64,000 nucleotides of DNA from Trichosphaerium sp. ATCC 40318 (Eukaryota > Protista > Tubulinea). The notes beneath the pieces were generated by a model, which was not told the DNA's origin, did no database searches, and was given only the letters and a program-made list of their open reading frames with translations. A program made the translations under genes and the position numbers. Location of the stretch: assembly GCA_038496445.1 (NCBI GenBank), contig JALMLS010000440.1, forward strand, positions 255,197 through 319,196. The letters run 5' to 3'. Positions 31,901 to 44,918 of this stretch are shown here, piece after piece (the stretch's first letter is position 1; every line of letters begins with the position of its first letter).

Positions 31901-34900
31901 AATAGCTACAATAGCATCTGTTCCTTCTACTAGTTCATCTGGTAGTACAATACTAGCCGTAGGTACTAAAGAAAATGAATTAAAACTCAAACAAGAAGTC
32001 GTTCTTACCTTTCTTAGCAACAACTTTGAGTTCTTTGTTGATAATATCTTCACCGTTGTACTTCGCAGTAATAGTTGTATCACCAACTTTATCAGGCTTG
32101 AAAGATATCTCTACTTTGCTTGGTTCGCCTTCAACAGGGTCAACAGTAACATCGCTACCATCAGATGTTTCAACGCTCAAGTTTTCTTTGTCAATCTCGA
32201 TCGCATCACCAGACTCCTTGTCTGTGACTTGCATCGTAATTTTAACATCTCCTCCTTCAGTCACTTCTTCAGGACAATCTTCAAAAGCTCCAACAGGGAC
32301 TAAAGGAGAAACTTGTTAACAACGAAGACTTGATTTAAGTGAAACTTTTTGAGGTACCCTGTTTCTTCTTTGATGCGATGTCGGTTGATAGAATTTCTTC
32401 GCCATCATAAGTAGCTTTGAGATTGTTGTCACCTGCTTCATCGATTGTTACAGTGATAGGTACTTCTCCAAGTGTGTCAGAGTCACCGACTTCGACATTT
32501 CCGTTATCAACAGTGACAGCGAGCTTGTCTTTGTCTACTTCCATTGGAGTGTTATCAACTGAATCTACAACCTTCAATGTCGCTTCAAAAGGTTCACCAG
32601 CAAGGATGTCTTCTGGTACGCCTTCACATGTTGCTGATGGAACTTTCTTATGCTTGAAGTCTATGTCTTTTGTACCGATGACGGTTGCCTCATAGAGCAC
32701 TGATAGTGTCTGGTTACCTTCTTCAGTGTATTTCAAAGGTATTTTGAACTCTGAAGGGTTATCGGTTGGAGTACATTCGACGTCTTCATCACCAAGAGTG
32801 GCTTTAATATCATCTGACTCTAATCCTGCAAATGGTTCTTTGGATTCTTCATCGAGCACTTTAACGACAGCTTCAGCATCAGTGCCTTCAACAACTGTAT
32901 CTGGTACTGTGAACTCGGCAACAGGAACTACATAAAACTGTCAGTAGCTGTTTTAAAGAGTTAAGTAGTTCTTACCTTTCTTTGCGACAACAGGAATCTC
33001 TTGAGACAACACATCAGCATCATTGTATTTTGCAGATATTGTTAGAGGCCCAACAGAGTCAGGAGTGAACGAGATTGATACTTCATTTGGATGGTCATCA
33101 ACAGATTCGACTGTGACTGGAACATCACCAGAAACAGTGACACTCAAATTATCTTTATCAATGTCCATTGGATCGCCTGACTCTTTATCTGTCATTTGAA
33201 GTGTTAGTTGTGATTCTGAACCAGCGATGATCTCATCAGGTGGATCATCTATCGATAGTGTTGGTACTAAAACGAAGTTAGTGGATCAAAGTATTGTTTG
33301 TTTATAGAATACCTTTCTTTACTTTAGCTTCGATATCATGAGAAAGTATATCTTCGCCATCATAAGTAGCTTTGAGACTATTATCACCTGCTTCATCGAT
33401 TGTCACTGTGATAGGTACTTCTCCAAGTGTGTCAGAGTCACCAACTTCAACATTTCCGTTATCAACAGTGACAGCAAGCTTGTCTTTGTCTACTTCCATT
33501 GGAGTGTTGTCAACTGAATCTACAACCTTCAATGTCGCTTCAAAAGGTTCACCAGCAAGAATGTCTTCAGGTACGCCTTCACATGTTGCAGAAGGAACTT
33601 TCTTGTGCTTGAAATCTACATCGTTTGTGCCGATGACGGTTGCTTCGTAGAGTACTGATAGTGTTTGGTTACCTTCTTCAGTGTATTTCAAAGGTATTTT
33701 GAACTCTGAAGGGTTATCTGTTGGAGTACATTCGACATCTTCATCACCAAGTGTGGCTTTAATATCATCTGACTCTAATCCTGGGAACGGCTCTTTTGAT
33801 TCTTCATCAAGCACTTTAACGATCGCTTCAGCATCTGCGCCTTCAACAACTGTATCAGGTACTGTAAACTCGGCGACAGGAACTACACAATAATATTAGT
33901 AAGGTTTCTCCAACTGTAGATGTTTACCTTTCTTTGCTACAACAGGTATGTCTTGAGATAGCACATCAGTATCGTTGTATTTTGCGGATATTGTGAGAGG
34001 TCCGACAGATTCAGGAGTGAATGAGATTGAGACTTCATTTGGATGATCGTCAACAGACTCAACTGTGACTGGAACATCACCAGAAACAGTGACATTCAAA
34101 CTGTCTTTATCAATATCCATTGGATCGCCTGACTCTTTATCTGTCATTTGCAAGGTTAACTGTGACTCAGAACCAGCGATGATCTCATCAGGTGGATCAT
34201 CAATCGATAGAGTAGGGACTGTGGTTTTAGTTAGTAAAGTTTTTTTTTTTAGGCTTTTACCTTTCTTTGCTTTTGCTTCTATATCATGGGACAGTATATC
34301 TTCGCCATCATAAGTAGCTTTGAGATTGTTATCACCTGCTTCATCGATTGTTACAGTGATAGGCACTTCTCCAAGTGTGTCAGAGTCACCAACTTCAACA
34401 TTTCCGTTATCAACAGTGACAGCGAGCTTGTCTTTGTCTACTTCCATTGGAGTGTTGTCAACGGAATCTACAACCTTCAATGTCGCTTCAAAAGGTTCAC
34501 CAGCAAGAATGTCTTCTGGTACGCCTTCACATGTTGCTGATGGAGCTTTCTTGTGTTTGAAGTCTACATCTTTGGTACCGATGACGGTTGCTTCGTAGAG
34601 TACTGATAGTGTTTGGTTACCTTCTTCAGTGTATTTCAAAGGTATTTTGAACTCTGAAGGGTTATCGGTTGGAGTACATTCGACATCTTCATCACCAAGT
34701 GTGGCTTTAATATCATCTGATTCCAATCCTTCAAATGGTTCTTTGGATTCTTCATCAAGTACTTTGACGATTGCTTCAGCATCAGTGCCTTCAACGACTG
34801 AATCAGGTACTGTAAATTCGGCAACAGGAACTAAAAATAATATTATGTTAAGTGTTTTAAGAATGACAATATGCGTTACCTTTTTTTGCGACAACAGGAA

Positions 34901-37900
34901 TCTCTTGAGATAATACATCAGCATCGTTGTATTTTGCAGATATTGTTAGAGGTCCAACAGATTCAGGAGTGAATGAGATTGATACTTCATTTGGATGTTC
35001 GTCAACAGACTCAACTGTGACTGGCGTATCACCAGAAACAGTGACACTCAAATTATCTTTATCGATGTCCATTGGATCGCCTGATTCTTTGTCTGTCATT
35101 TGGAGTGTCAGTTGAGACTCGGAACCAGCGATGATCTCATCTGGCATATCATCAATTGAAACAGTCGGCACTTAACAGCGTAAGTAAGTTTAACAACAGA
35201 TCATTTTATGGTTACCTTGCTTTGGCTTCGCTTGGAACTCTTTAGACATAATTTCCTCGCCATCATAAGTAGCTTTGAGATTATTGTCACCTGCTTCATC
35301 AACAGTAACAGTGAAAGGAACTTGTCCAAGCGTTTCAGAGTCACCGACTTCAACATTTCCTTTATCAACAGTGACAGCGAGCTTATCTTTCTCCACTTCC
35401 ATTGGAGACCCTGTCACTTTATCGATAACATCCATGCTCACGCTTACAGGTTCGCCAACAATGACATCTTCTGGTATCTCACATGTGGCGGAAGGCTCTG
35501 TTTTAACAGAAAAGTCAACTTTGGTAAACAAACCAAGATTCCGAGTACCTTTTTTGTGTTCAATAGATAAGTCAGCTTCGCCAATGACTTTATCATCATA
35601 TGATACAGATAACTTCTTATCACCTGGTTCATCGTTCTTGAGATCGATTTTGAACTCACCAGGAGTATCAGAAGGCTTGCAATCAAGATTTTCATCTCCA
35701 AGTGTTGCTTTAATTTTAGCAGGATCAATGTCATCCATCACCTCTTGTGTTTCTGCGTCTTTTATTGATACTGTAACAGAAGCGTCTTCGCCTTGTTTTA
35801 GGACATCAGGAAGCTTAATATCTGCAGTAGGAACTATACAAAGTAAGTCATCAACACAACTTTTTTATCTCTTTATCTAGCTTTTAATTGTGTACCTCTC
35901 TTTGGCTTAACTTCAACTGTATCGTTCAATATTTCTTCTCCGTCGTATGTAGCAACTATATTCTTACTTCCAGGATCATCAAAGGTTATTTTTGCTGCTA
36001 CTTTACTAGAAGAGTCACCATCTTCAAAATCGACATCGTTATCACCAACTTTCAGTTTTAGCTTGTCTTTGTCGATTTCCATATCGTCTCCGGATACTTC
36101 ATCAATGAGACGAAATCCAAGAGGTATCTCAGAACCTGCTTCGATGTCTTCAGGTTTATCATCAACCAAGAGTTTAGGCACTTGAACAGACAGTAAGAAA
36201 AACATCTTCAAAAAGCATGAACAGAGTTACCTTTTTTAGCGTCCACTGTGAATTCCTGAGAAGCAACTTCTTCATTATTTATAGATACCTTGAGTGTGGC
36301 TTTACATGGTTCTTCAAAAGATACTGAAATAGGCACTTTGCCTACTTCATCAGAGTCGCCAATATCTAGCTTCCCGTTTTCAAGAGTAACTTCAAAGTTA
36401 TCTTTATCAACCTCCATAGGATCTCCAGTGACAGAATCTGAAACGCTAATCGTTGCCTTATATTCTTCTCCAGTAACTATATCGTCTGGTATATCGAATC
36501 GTGCGACAGGTACTAGTTAAATTTATCAGCAACAAATCCACAAGAAAGTAGGTTTTTACCTTTTTTGTGATCAACAGAGAACTCTTTTGTGCCGATCTCT
36601 TTACCATCGTATGTGATTGAAAGTTTTTTATCGCCTGGATCATTAAAGTTGAGAGGTAAGGAGAACTCTCCAGGGTTATCAGAGGGTTGAACTTCAATAT
36701 CTTTTCCATCCAAAGTAACTTTTACTTTGGAAATATCAAAGTCTTCAATATCCTCGTTAGATTCCTCATCTTTAACTGTAAACTTCAACTCTGAATCATC
36801 ACCTTGTGTGAGAGTATCGGGTACAGTAACTTCTGCTTTAGGGACTAAAATACAAGATCAATAAACGCGAGAGCAAAAAACGGAGAAAAAGAACAAATTT
36901 CTTAGTTTCTTTGGTACCTTGCTTCTTCGCTACAGCGATATCTTCGTTTAGTATTTCATCGTCATCATATTTGACAACCAATTTCGTATCACCAGGTTCA
37001 GTTGGTTTGAAAGTGAGCACAACTTTTCCTGGTTCATCTGAAGGCTCAATTTGTAGGTCTTCAGCAGGAACGTTTACATTTAATTTATCAATATCAATAT
37101 CAAGAGGTTCTCCAGAGCCTTTGTCTTTTACTTGTACAACCATACGAACTGGTTCTCCAGCTAAAGGCTTCTCTGGCTTCTCTACAACATTACCAACAGG
37201 TTCTAGAAGTAATGAGTAAGAAGAGAATGCGCTAAACTTTTTTGTTCACCTTTTTTAGCTTCAACATCTAGCTCAGATTTGCCGATTACTTGGCCATCGT
37301 AAGACACTTCCAATGGAACCTTTCCTCCTTTATCCAAATTGAGAGGTATTTTAAACTCTCCTGGGACATCAGAAGGCTCACATTGGATATCTTTACCATC
37401 AAGAGTAACTTTAATCTTTGACGGATCAAAATCTTCCAAAGGTTCTGAAGTATTTGCGTCTTTGACATTGAATGTTACTGAACCATCTTGACCTTGAGTC
37501 AACGAATCTGGAACATCAAATGACGCTGTAGGCTCTAAAATACGAAAACGTATGAGAACGATAACTTCGTTAAAAATATGAAACACGTGATATTTTTTTT
37601 GTTTACCTGGCTCAGGTTGAACGTCTATTGTTTCTTTTGCTATTGGCTTTCCATCATAAGATATAGTCACTGTCTCAGCTCCTGGATTCTCTATTTCGAA
37701 AGGTATTTTAAATTCACCAGGTACATCAGTAGGTTCAATCTTAACTTCTCTATCTCCAATAGAAACTGTCAACTTTTCACTTTTTTCAAATGGTTTTCCA
37801 GTGTTAGGGTTTGTGAGGTTTACTTTTATCTCCTGTGGTGTACCAGTTATAAACTCTTTGGGTGGATCGCTTATTTTAGCGAGAGGTTCTGAAGGTAAAA

Positions 37901-40061
37901 GTTAATAGATATCAAATACAAGCACAAAGATTGAGTTACAAAGAAATCCTTTCGTACGTGTCTCAGGTACTGTAAATGTTGAAGATAACATCTCATCATC
38001 TCCGTAATTAACTTTAATACTAGACTCTCCGCTTTCTTGAGGAACAAATTCAATAGCGTATTCGCCTTCGCCTTCTAAAGGTAGTATCTTTACTTCTCCT
38101 TTTGAAGGTACGCTAACTTTGATTTTATCCAAGTCTGGTTTGAAAGGTTTGCCATCTTCCTTGTTTGCAAACTTGACAACGCATTTTACAGGAGAATCTT
38201 CATTAAGATCCTCAGGTAAGGCTTCCAGCGTAGCAGAAGGCACTAGTCAAACATTAAAAAATAGCAAAACGTTGAAGAATAAGATACAAAAGAAGTCGGA
38301 TTCCGTGCCTATTTTAGGTGCTGGCGGTTCAGCTTTAGGTTCTTCTGGAGCCTTTTCTGTTTCTTTTTCTTCTTTGGAATCATCTCCTCCTTCGTCAGCT
38401 TGAACCTCAGCGTTTTTAAAGTAAGCCAAATATGTAGCCATAGCCAAATCATCGGGATGATCTACGATATCTTCTGGCTGTAAAATACTTGGTATGCCAA
38501 ACTTATTCTTGGCAATTTCCATGGCCCTATAGTAAATATTAGTTAACAACGACCACTTGTCTCCTCAGAGAAAATATATAGAGCCATTGCGAGATAGACA
38601 AAGCGACACAAAAGTTCAACAAAAAAAATAACAAAACCAAGTACCGAGCAACATCTTTGTACGCATCTCCCTAGTGTTGTTATTAGTGAATAAAATATAT
38701 TAACGCGTTTGGTTACCGTCATTCCAGACAACGGACATGACCCTTTTTGTAAACTATCTACTAGCGCTGTAAGAGCTTTAGCATCACTCCATCTAATAAA
38801 ACAATTAGAAAATAAAGCTACTTTTTTGGATGAATAAAGCGCACCCTTTTTTGAAGCTAGTCACTTCAACAGGATAATCTAAAAATTATTAACACATGCT
38901 ACGTATAGTAGTGTTTATTTTTTAACCTTTGATCTGTTCTTTGATCCATCTGTAATTTTGTTAGAGGCGAAAAAATTAACGACGTTTTTTTTTTCTTTTC
39001 AAAACACGTACGCAAGCAATGCGTCTTTGACTTGTTTCGCATTTTTTCCTTTACCTCCCTACGTCAATCATTAATATTTAAAATATCTCGCGTTCCATCT
39101 TTAAAAAATATGGACGTACTTTTGACACGTGATAACGAAGTATAAGAGTCCTGTAGATGTCAGAAAATTTAACAATAAAAACGTGTTAAACAAAAAAACT
39201 CCTCATTACCAGATTAACCCAAGAACAAGACTTTCCTTGCCGTCATGAATATCCTCTCCTCCTATATTCACAGTACGAATACCTTGATCCTCAATGAACT
39301 TGAGAGCCTAGTTTACGCATCAGGAAAATATAGTTGGAACGCGGTACAGCCACAAAACGTTTTTGTACAATTTTTTTCGGAGTTTTTTTATTCAAAAACA
39401 AAAACGCCGATCGCGTGGTTCTTGACGCTCAGTAGATTATGATACCCTTTACTAAGAATGGACAACAAAATAAAGAAAAAAAATATCACGTGATACAAAA
39501 AAAAAGATTGTACCACTAAAAAACGCCAAGACATCAAAAACAAGCCAAAGAAGGCGTGACATGTCGAAATAAAACAAAAACAAAAACACAAAAAAAAAAA
39601 CTCTTCACCGTACAATGTTTATATTCTCAATCATCTGAAACTTCATACGTGGCTTCTTACTATACCTTGGAAGAGGCTTATCTGATATTTCCTAAAAGAT
39701 ATCGGTAACGGACTTGACAGTTTTATCAAAGAAGCACTGTCAAGATAACAAGGTACTTACGCCTAGAAGCTCTAATAATTTAACACCACTTTTTAAATCT
39801 TCTACCAAATCTTTTATAGCAACATCTTCACCTAGCTCGCTCATATGGGTGTTACACCATCCTTTAAACGCCTAAAAAAAAAGGTTTAAACAATCACGTG
39901 AGTATCCACGAGGTGGAACAAAAAAAAGATCGATAACGTAGTTAGGAAAGCGGGAAACTGTTTAATACGATCCATAATGGAAGCGCGGTAAAAAACGCGG
40001 TTTAAAGAATACTTACGTTCTTCTGGGATCGTATCCAAGCATTTGGATCTTTTTGCGCCAT
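22945..40061 (-). CDS. Giant filamin/gelation-factor-like protein: tandem CH actin-binding domain, dozens of acidic 90-100-aa Ig-like repeats, C-terminal 4-TM domain
   Basis: CH1 WIRSQKNAFKGWCN...DLKSGVKLLELL...NIGGEDIHDGKESLVLGLIW; CH2 WSDAKALTALVD...AKNKFGIPSILQPED...DDLAMATYLAYF; roughly one repeat per exon; in-frame splicing into four hydrophobic segments ending ...PIWYAQRKKKE*. Apparent 1-nt frame errors near 25856 and 39760. Confidence 0.85.
27240..35500 (-). repeat. Higher-order coding tandem repeat, about 1 kb unit of three Ig-like domains, about 7 copies
   Basis: Recurring VPVAEFTVPDTVVEG..VLDEESKEPF, VPSATCEG.PE..VVDSV and IDD.PDEIIAGSESQLTLQMTDKESGDP with near-identical exon DNA. 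Confidence 0.95.
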
Positions 40062-40566
40062 ATTTGGGCGTAAAAAAAATAAACTAGAGGTGCTGTTGGT
40101 AAAGTGGCTTTTGTGGAAATGAAGAATAAGAAACGGAAAAAAATGTGATTTCCAAATATCAGAAAAAAAAAAAACTCCTACTGACACGTGCTGAGTATGA
40201 GCTCACCAAAGCAAATAACCCAATAAACAATACTGTAGTAGTACAAATACTTATAAACAAAGCCAAGAAATGACAACAGAAGCACATTGAAGGTGAGACC
40301 TGAATGATGCAATGGACTTAACTCCACAATGGAATTCTCAACGACAGTGGCACCTACACCAGCTTCCAACTAACATACTTTACATCATCTCAGCAGCCAT
40401 AGCAGCTCTACCAGTTGCCAAAATTGCAAGCAGTCTCGTGATAAGAAGCAAACCGATTTTGAACCTGAGCATTTTCAAGAATGAGGCAAAAACTCAAAAT
40501 TGAAGCATACTGTCAACAAGTACGAACTACAGAATACAGTGTAAAAATTAGTTTGTGATTTATTAA

Positions 40567-41938
40567 TCAAATGTCTGATTGATCCCAAAAGGAGTTGGCA
40601 CATAATGGATCCAAAGTACATTCGAATCTATCATGACAAAATACAGCACATACATTATCAACACAGTTGGATGCAAAAATACAATCATTTTCTTGAACAA
40701 GACGAAAGCATCTTGCATGACTTTGACAACTTGTTTGAACAGGTACTGTTGGATCCACGTTGATTGACGATAATGTTGGTGGCTCACAGAATGCTGCTGT
40801 GCCTTGCCTGTAAAAAGGACGGTAAGTATTATCACTTGACCATTCATACGTACACAGAACTACCTTCATTTGAACGAATTGGAGGATCTTCTCTGGCGTC
40901 TGTCACAATCGCTGCTCCGATATTATCAATTTGACCAGCACCAACCATACCTACAATGACACTACAAGATACTTCTTCGTTTTCATCAAGAGTTGCTGTA
41001 AAACCAATAGCACCATCACGGGCAATAGATGATGCTACATTTATACAATGAAGCGAAGATGAATCAATAACAGCAATAGATGTATCAAAAGCGAGAGTGG
41101 CAATGATATTCTCAGTTGTTGCTGGTAATGAGTTGTAGTTTTGACACAGGACTCGTATTTCGATTTTGTCACCCACACTCAATTCTTGAAGATCTATTTC
41201 ACCAACAGATGATATTGAATGCCTAGATTAATGTTAAATCGCATCGGTTTGATTAGATACATACCAACAAGATACAATCGGTTGAGAGCATATGTAATCG
41301 AACGAAGTATCTGTTCCATGTCGAATGGTGTGTATTTCTACTTGAACAAGATCTACTGATTCAAGTGTAGCAGCTTGATTACCATAAGGTATGCATACAT
41401 CAACTCCAGGAGGCATAAATATGTATTCCGATACTAGCTCAGAAAGGGTAACTATTTTGAAAATGAATTCACTAAAGATTGACTCTTTAAAGATAGCTCT
41501 TATATCTATAACACCATCATTGCGAATAATATGAAAATTGTAACAACCTGTAGTTGAGGTTAGGTAAACTTCACTTTTAGATCAACGCACTGGCTCCGTT
41601 TTGAAGGAAGTTGATTGGATTTTGCAAAGTATCTACAAGTTGAGTACCACCAGCGTATCTTAGAGTACAAGATCCATTTACCCCAACGCCATTATTAATA
41701 GCAAAATTGGCTCCACTCGTGAAAACACAACTAAAAAAACTATCTATACCGACGCTATCATACTTTGCTGTTGTAACCCTCACACCTCCAACAATAGAGC
41801 TTATAATTAAATTAGAGCTTCTTGAAGGGGTGTCAAGAGTTGCTTCTACTGTAGAAGGGAAGTCAAACGGTCCATTTGAATGGCGTGTATAGCTGTCACA
41901 ATAAATACGAAGAAACATAGAGTGAGTGTTTGATACAT
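40567..41938 (-). CDS. Secreted variable/constant family, gene A (one apparent frameshift near 41869)
   Basis: Signal MYQTLTLCFFVFIVTAIHA; 4 exons; DUF11-like domain LSVGDKIEI..CQNYNSLPA; Cys-rich end CANSFWDQSDI*. Confidence 0.75.
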
Positions 41939-42557
41939 CACACGTGTGTTTTGATCTATTTTTGGTTTTTACTTTGCTTTCACAATTTAAGATATTGCAT
42001 CGCGGTATTGGGGAAGTTCCTTATCAAATACTTGCGAAACATAGCTACAAAAGTCATGTTCCATTTGATAATAATGAAGAATGTAGCTACTTTTCTTGTG
42101 GTATCATGTTCCATGTTATAGTAAACTGGTGGTTGAAAACAGCAGTTTGAAACGTTTGTAAGAAAAACGAGAGGAATCACTGTAACCATATTTTAAGTAT
42201 CTTTATAGTTAGTGTAAAAGGGAATGGCAAAGTGGGAAGGCGGTTTGGTGCTCACAATCTGTTGTGAGTTTCTCAGATTACAGCGGTGCGTATTACGTTC
42301 CTTTGCTGCTCTTAGTTTTCAACTGGAAAGCAGAAAAATAACTTTACATTTCGTTTATCTTGCCTTGAAGAAGTTCTCAACAACATTTTCCCTTACCCTT
42401 TCTATGGAATTGTAACAGTTGTAGAGAACGAGTTTAGCGTTCTTATGTCAGGGAAGTACCGAAGACAGTAGGTGTAACACATTCCAATCTATGCTGTATC
42501 TTGAAATAAACTGTGAACCAAAAAAACTCAAAACCAAAAATAGACTAAACACACGTG
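41939..42557. promoter_or_regulatory. Bidirectional intergenic region of the A/B pair, with an inverted near-identical copy at 48673-49314
   Basis: Direct sequence match between the two regions; CACGTG lies within a few nt of all four start codons. Confidence 0.7.
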
Positions 42558-43944
42558 ATGTACCAAACAGTCGCTCTTTGTTTTTTCGTATTCACAGTAA
42601 TTACAGCAATCCACACCTTTCAAATAGACCCCTTTAATGTAACCTCTTCTACTGTGGCTAGCCCTAATAATCCAAGTACAGTCAATACCGTTTTTGATGT
42701 GTCTATTGCTGGAGGAAAGCGTGATTTGATGGCAACATTGCTTCAGGGACAAGTTGAAGAGCTAAAACTTCACTGTGACATAGCCTTCAATACTATCATT
42801 GAGCTCTGATTTGACTGTACAAGGAAATTGTACAGTTGTCTATTCTGGAATTGATTTATTAAATCCTCGAATGCCAACGCCAATAAACTTTCTTCAAAAT
42901 GGAGCTAGTACGTTGTCATTATATTTTTTCTTTGAATGAAGTATTTACTTTACATGCTAAGGCTGCTTCAACTTTCGTATTATTACAAACGATAATGGAG
43001 TAGGATTGAGAGGCCAGTTTTGGGATTCACTTTCACCTCATGTCGTCACTCTTTCGCATCAGCTCACCATACCAATTAGTTCTGCTATAGATGTATGTAT
43101 ACCGTTTGGAAATGAAGCAAGCCTCCTCGCATCAGTAGATAGAGTAGAACTTGCCTTGGAAGGTTCAATACATTTTGATGGGGCAGTACAAAACATGTGC
43201 TCTCAACCGATTGTATCTTGTTGGTATGTACTCAAGAGAAATGATGAGCGATCTAACACCAAAATAGGCATACAATAGTGGCCATTGGCGAAGCAGATCT
43301 TCAAGAATTGAATGTTGGTGATCAAATCACAATACTAGTTGCCTGTAAAAACTACAACTCATTACCAGCAACAACTGAGAATATCATTGCCACTCTCGCT
43401 TTTGATACATCTATTGCTGTTATCGATTCATCTCAGTACTGTGTTCATCGACTGCAATTTCTAGAATCGCAATTGGAGGTGTTCTTGCTTTTACAGCAAC
43501 TCTTGATGAAAACGAAGAAGTATTTTGTACTGCAGTATTTGATTTGGTTGGTCCTGGTCAAGTTGATAATATCGGAGCAGCAATTGTTACAGACGCCAGA
43601 GAAGATCCTCCAATTCGTTCAAATGAAGGTAGTTCTGTGTATGTAAAATACTATTTGAATGGTCAAGTGATAATACTTACCGTCCATTTTATAGGCAAGG
43701 CACAACAGCATTCTGTGAGCCACCAACATTATCGTCAATCAACGTGGGAGGTCAAGATCCAACAGTACCTGTTCAAACAAGTTGTCAAAGTCATGCAAGA
43801 TGCTTTCGTCTTGTTCAAGAAAATGATTGTATTTTTGCATCCAACTGTGTTGATAATGTATGTGCTGTATTTTGTCATGATAGATTTGAATGTATTTTGG
43901 ATCCATTATGTGCCAACTCCTTTTGGGATCAATCAGACATTTGA
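42558..43944 (+). CDS. Secreted variable/constant family, gene B (apparent frameshifts near 42793 and 43432)
   Basis: Paralog of gene C with the same 4-exon structure and constant C-terminus. Confidence 0.7.
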
Positions 43945-44053
43945 TTTAATAAATCACAAAGCTATTTCACATTGTAGTATGTACTTGTTGATAATATGCT
44001 TCAATTTTGACAGTCATACCAGTAATAAACCATTAACTATTCATACTCTGTTA

Positions 44054-44696
44054 ATGACTACTCAACAAAGGTAGTTTGAACATTTACAAACAAGTTGAAC
44101 GATTTTCATAAAATGATGCACAATTACTTAAAGGATCTTTCACATTTTCTTCAAAACAGATCCTTTTGTTGTCCCTTCTATTGTAACGACCTGACAAGTA
44201 TCCCATTACCTTTCTTGGAATCCCTATCACGTTTTTCTACATCCTTGGCATCACTTGATATCTCCAATCCTTTTGATCAACGACAAATGAATCTCAAGCT
44301 ATTGGAAGAGCTTACAGGTACGAACTCAAACATCAAAACCATTAGTCTTTTTTTTTTTTGCCACCAACTTTTGACAATTTATGGTCGTGTGGGACGTTCT
44401 TGTGGCTCGTTTTGTTGTCAAGAATACGTTAGAACATGAGCATGTTTTAAACTACAAGAGGAAGAAAGCAAAAGGTAGAGACAAAGCGTGAATGAAACCA
44501 AAAAACAACATTTAACTTTTTTCTTGTTATAGATGCTTCTAGCTCACCAAAGAAACAATCAAAGAAATCAAGAGCTGTTCTTGTAAGAACAAGAAGATTT
44601 GGTACTTTAATGGCAAGTAGTGGTATATTACCATTCAGCATTCAAGGCTTTGTTGGCGGACAAGCAATAATTTTCTTATTGGAAAAAACTAAATAA
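44054..44696 (+). CDS. Hypothetical small multi-exon protein
   Basis: ORF 44095-44318 with a GTACGA donor splices in frame to an exon ending ...IIFLLEKTK*. Confidence 0.35.
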
Positions 44697-44918
44697 AAAA
44701 CCAAGATGTAAAAGTTGATTTTTCTTTCGCTTCACGTATCTCGCCTTGCAACTATGATTATTGCCAATCAGATGCTCCCTGTTTCTGATTTCAGGATGAC
44801 ATAATATTCTCTCTACAGGTAGTTATTTTTATTTCACCGACCCTACACCTTAGTAACATACAATGTCCTGCTAATTCTGTTTTTATTTTACCTAACTTTG
44901 CACAATACCTCTTTTTTT

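Noticed and set aside
27240-35500. Repeat array as CRISPR-like or satellite DNA
   Set aside because: The units are 300-bp to 1-kb protein-coding exons with splice sites; there is no repeat-spacer structure
24686-38403. Many plus-strand Ser/Thr-rich ORFs
   Set aside because: Antisense shadows of the acidic repeat exons on the minus strand
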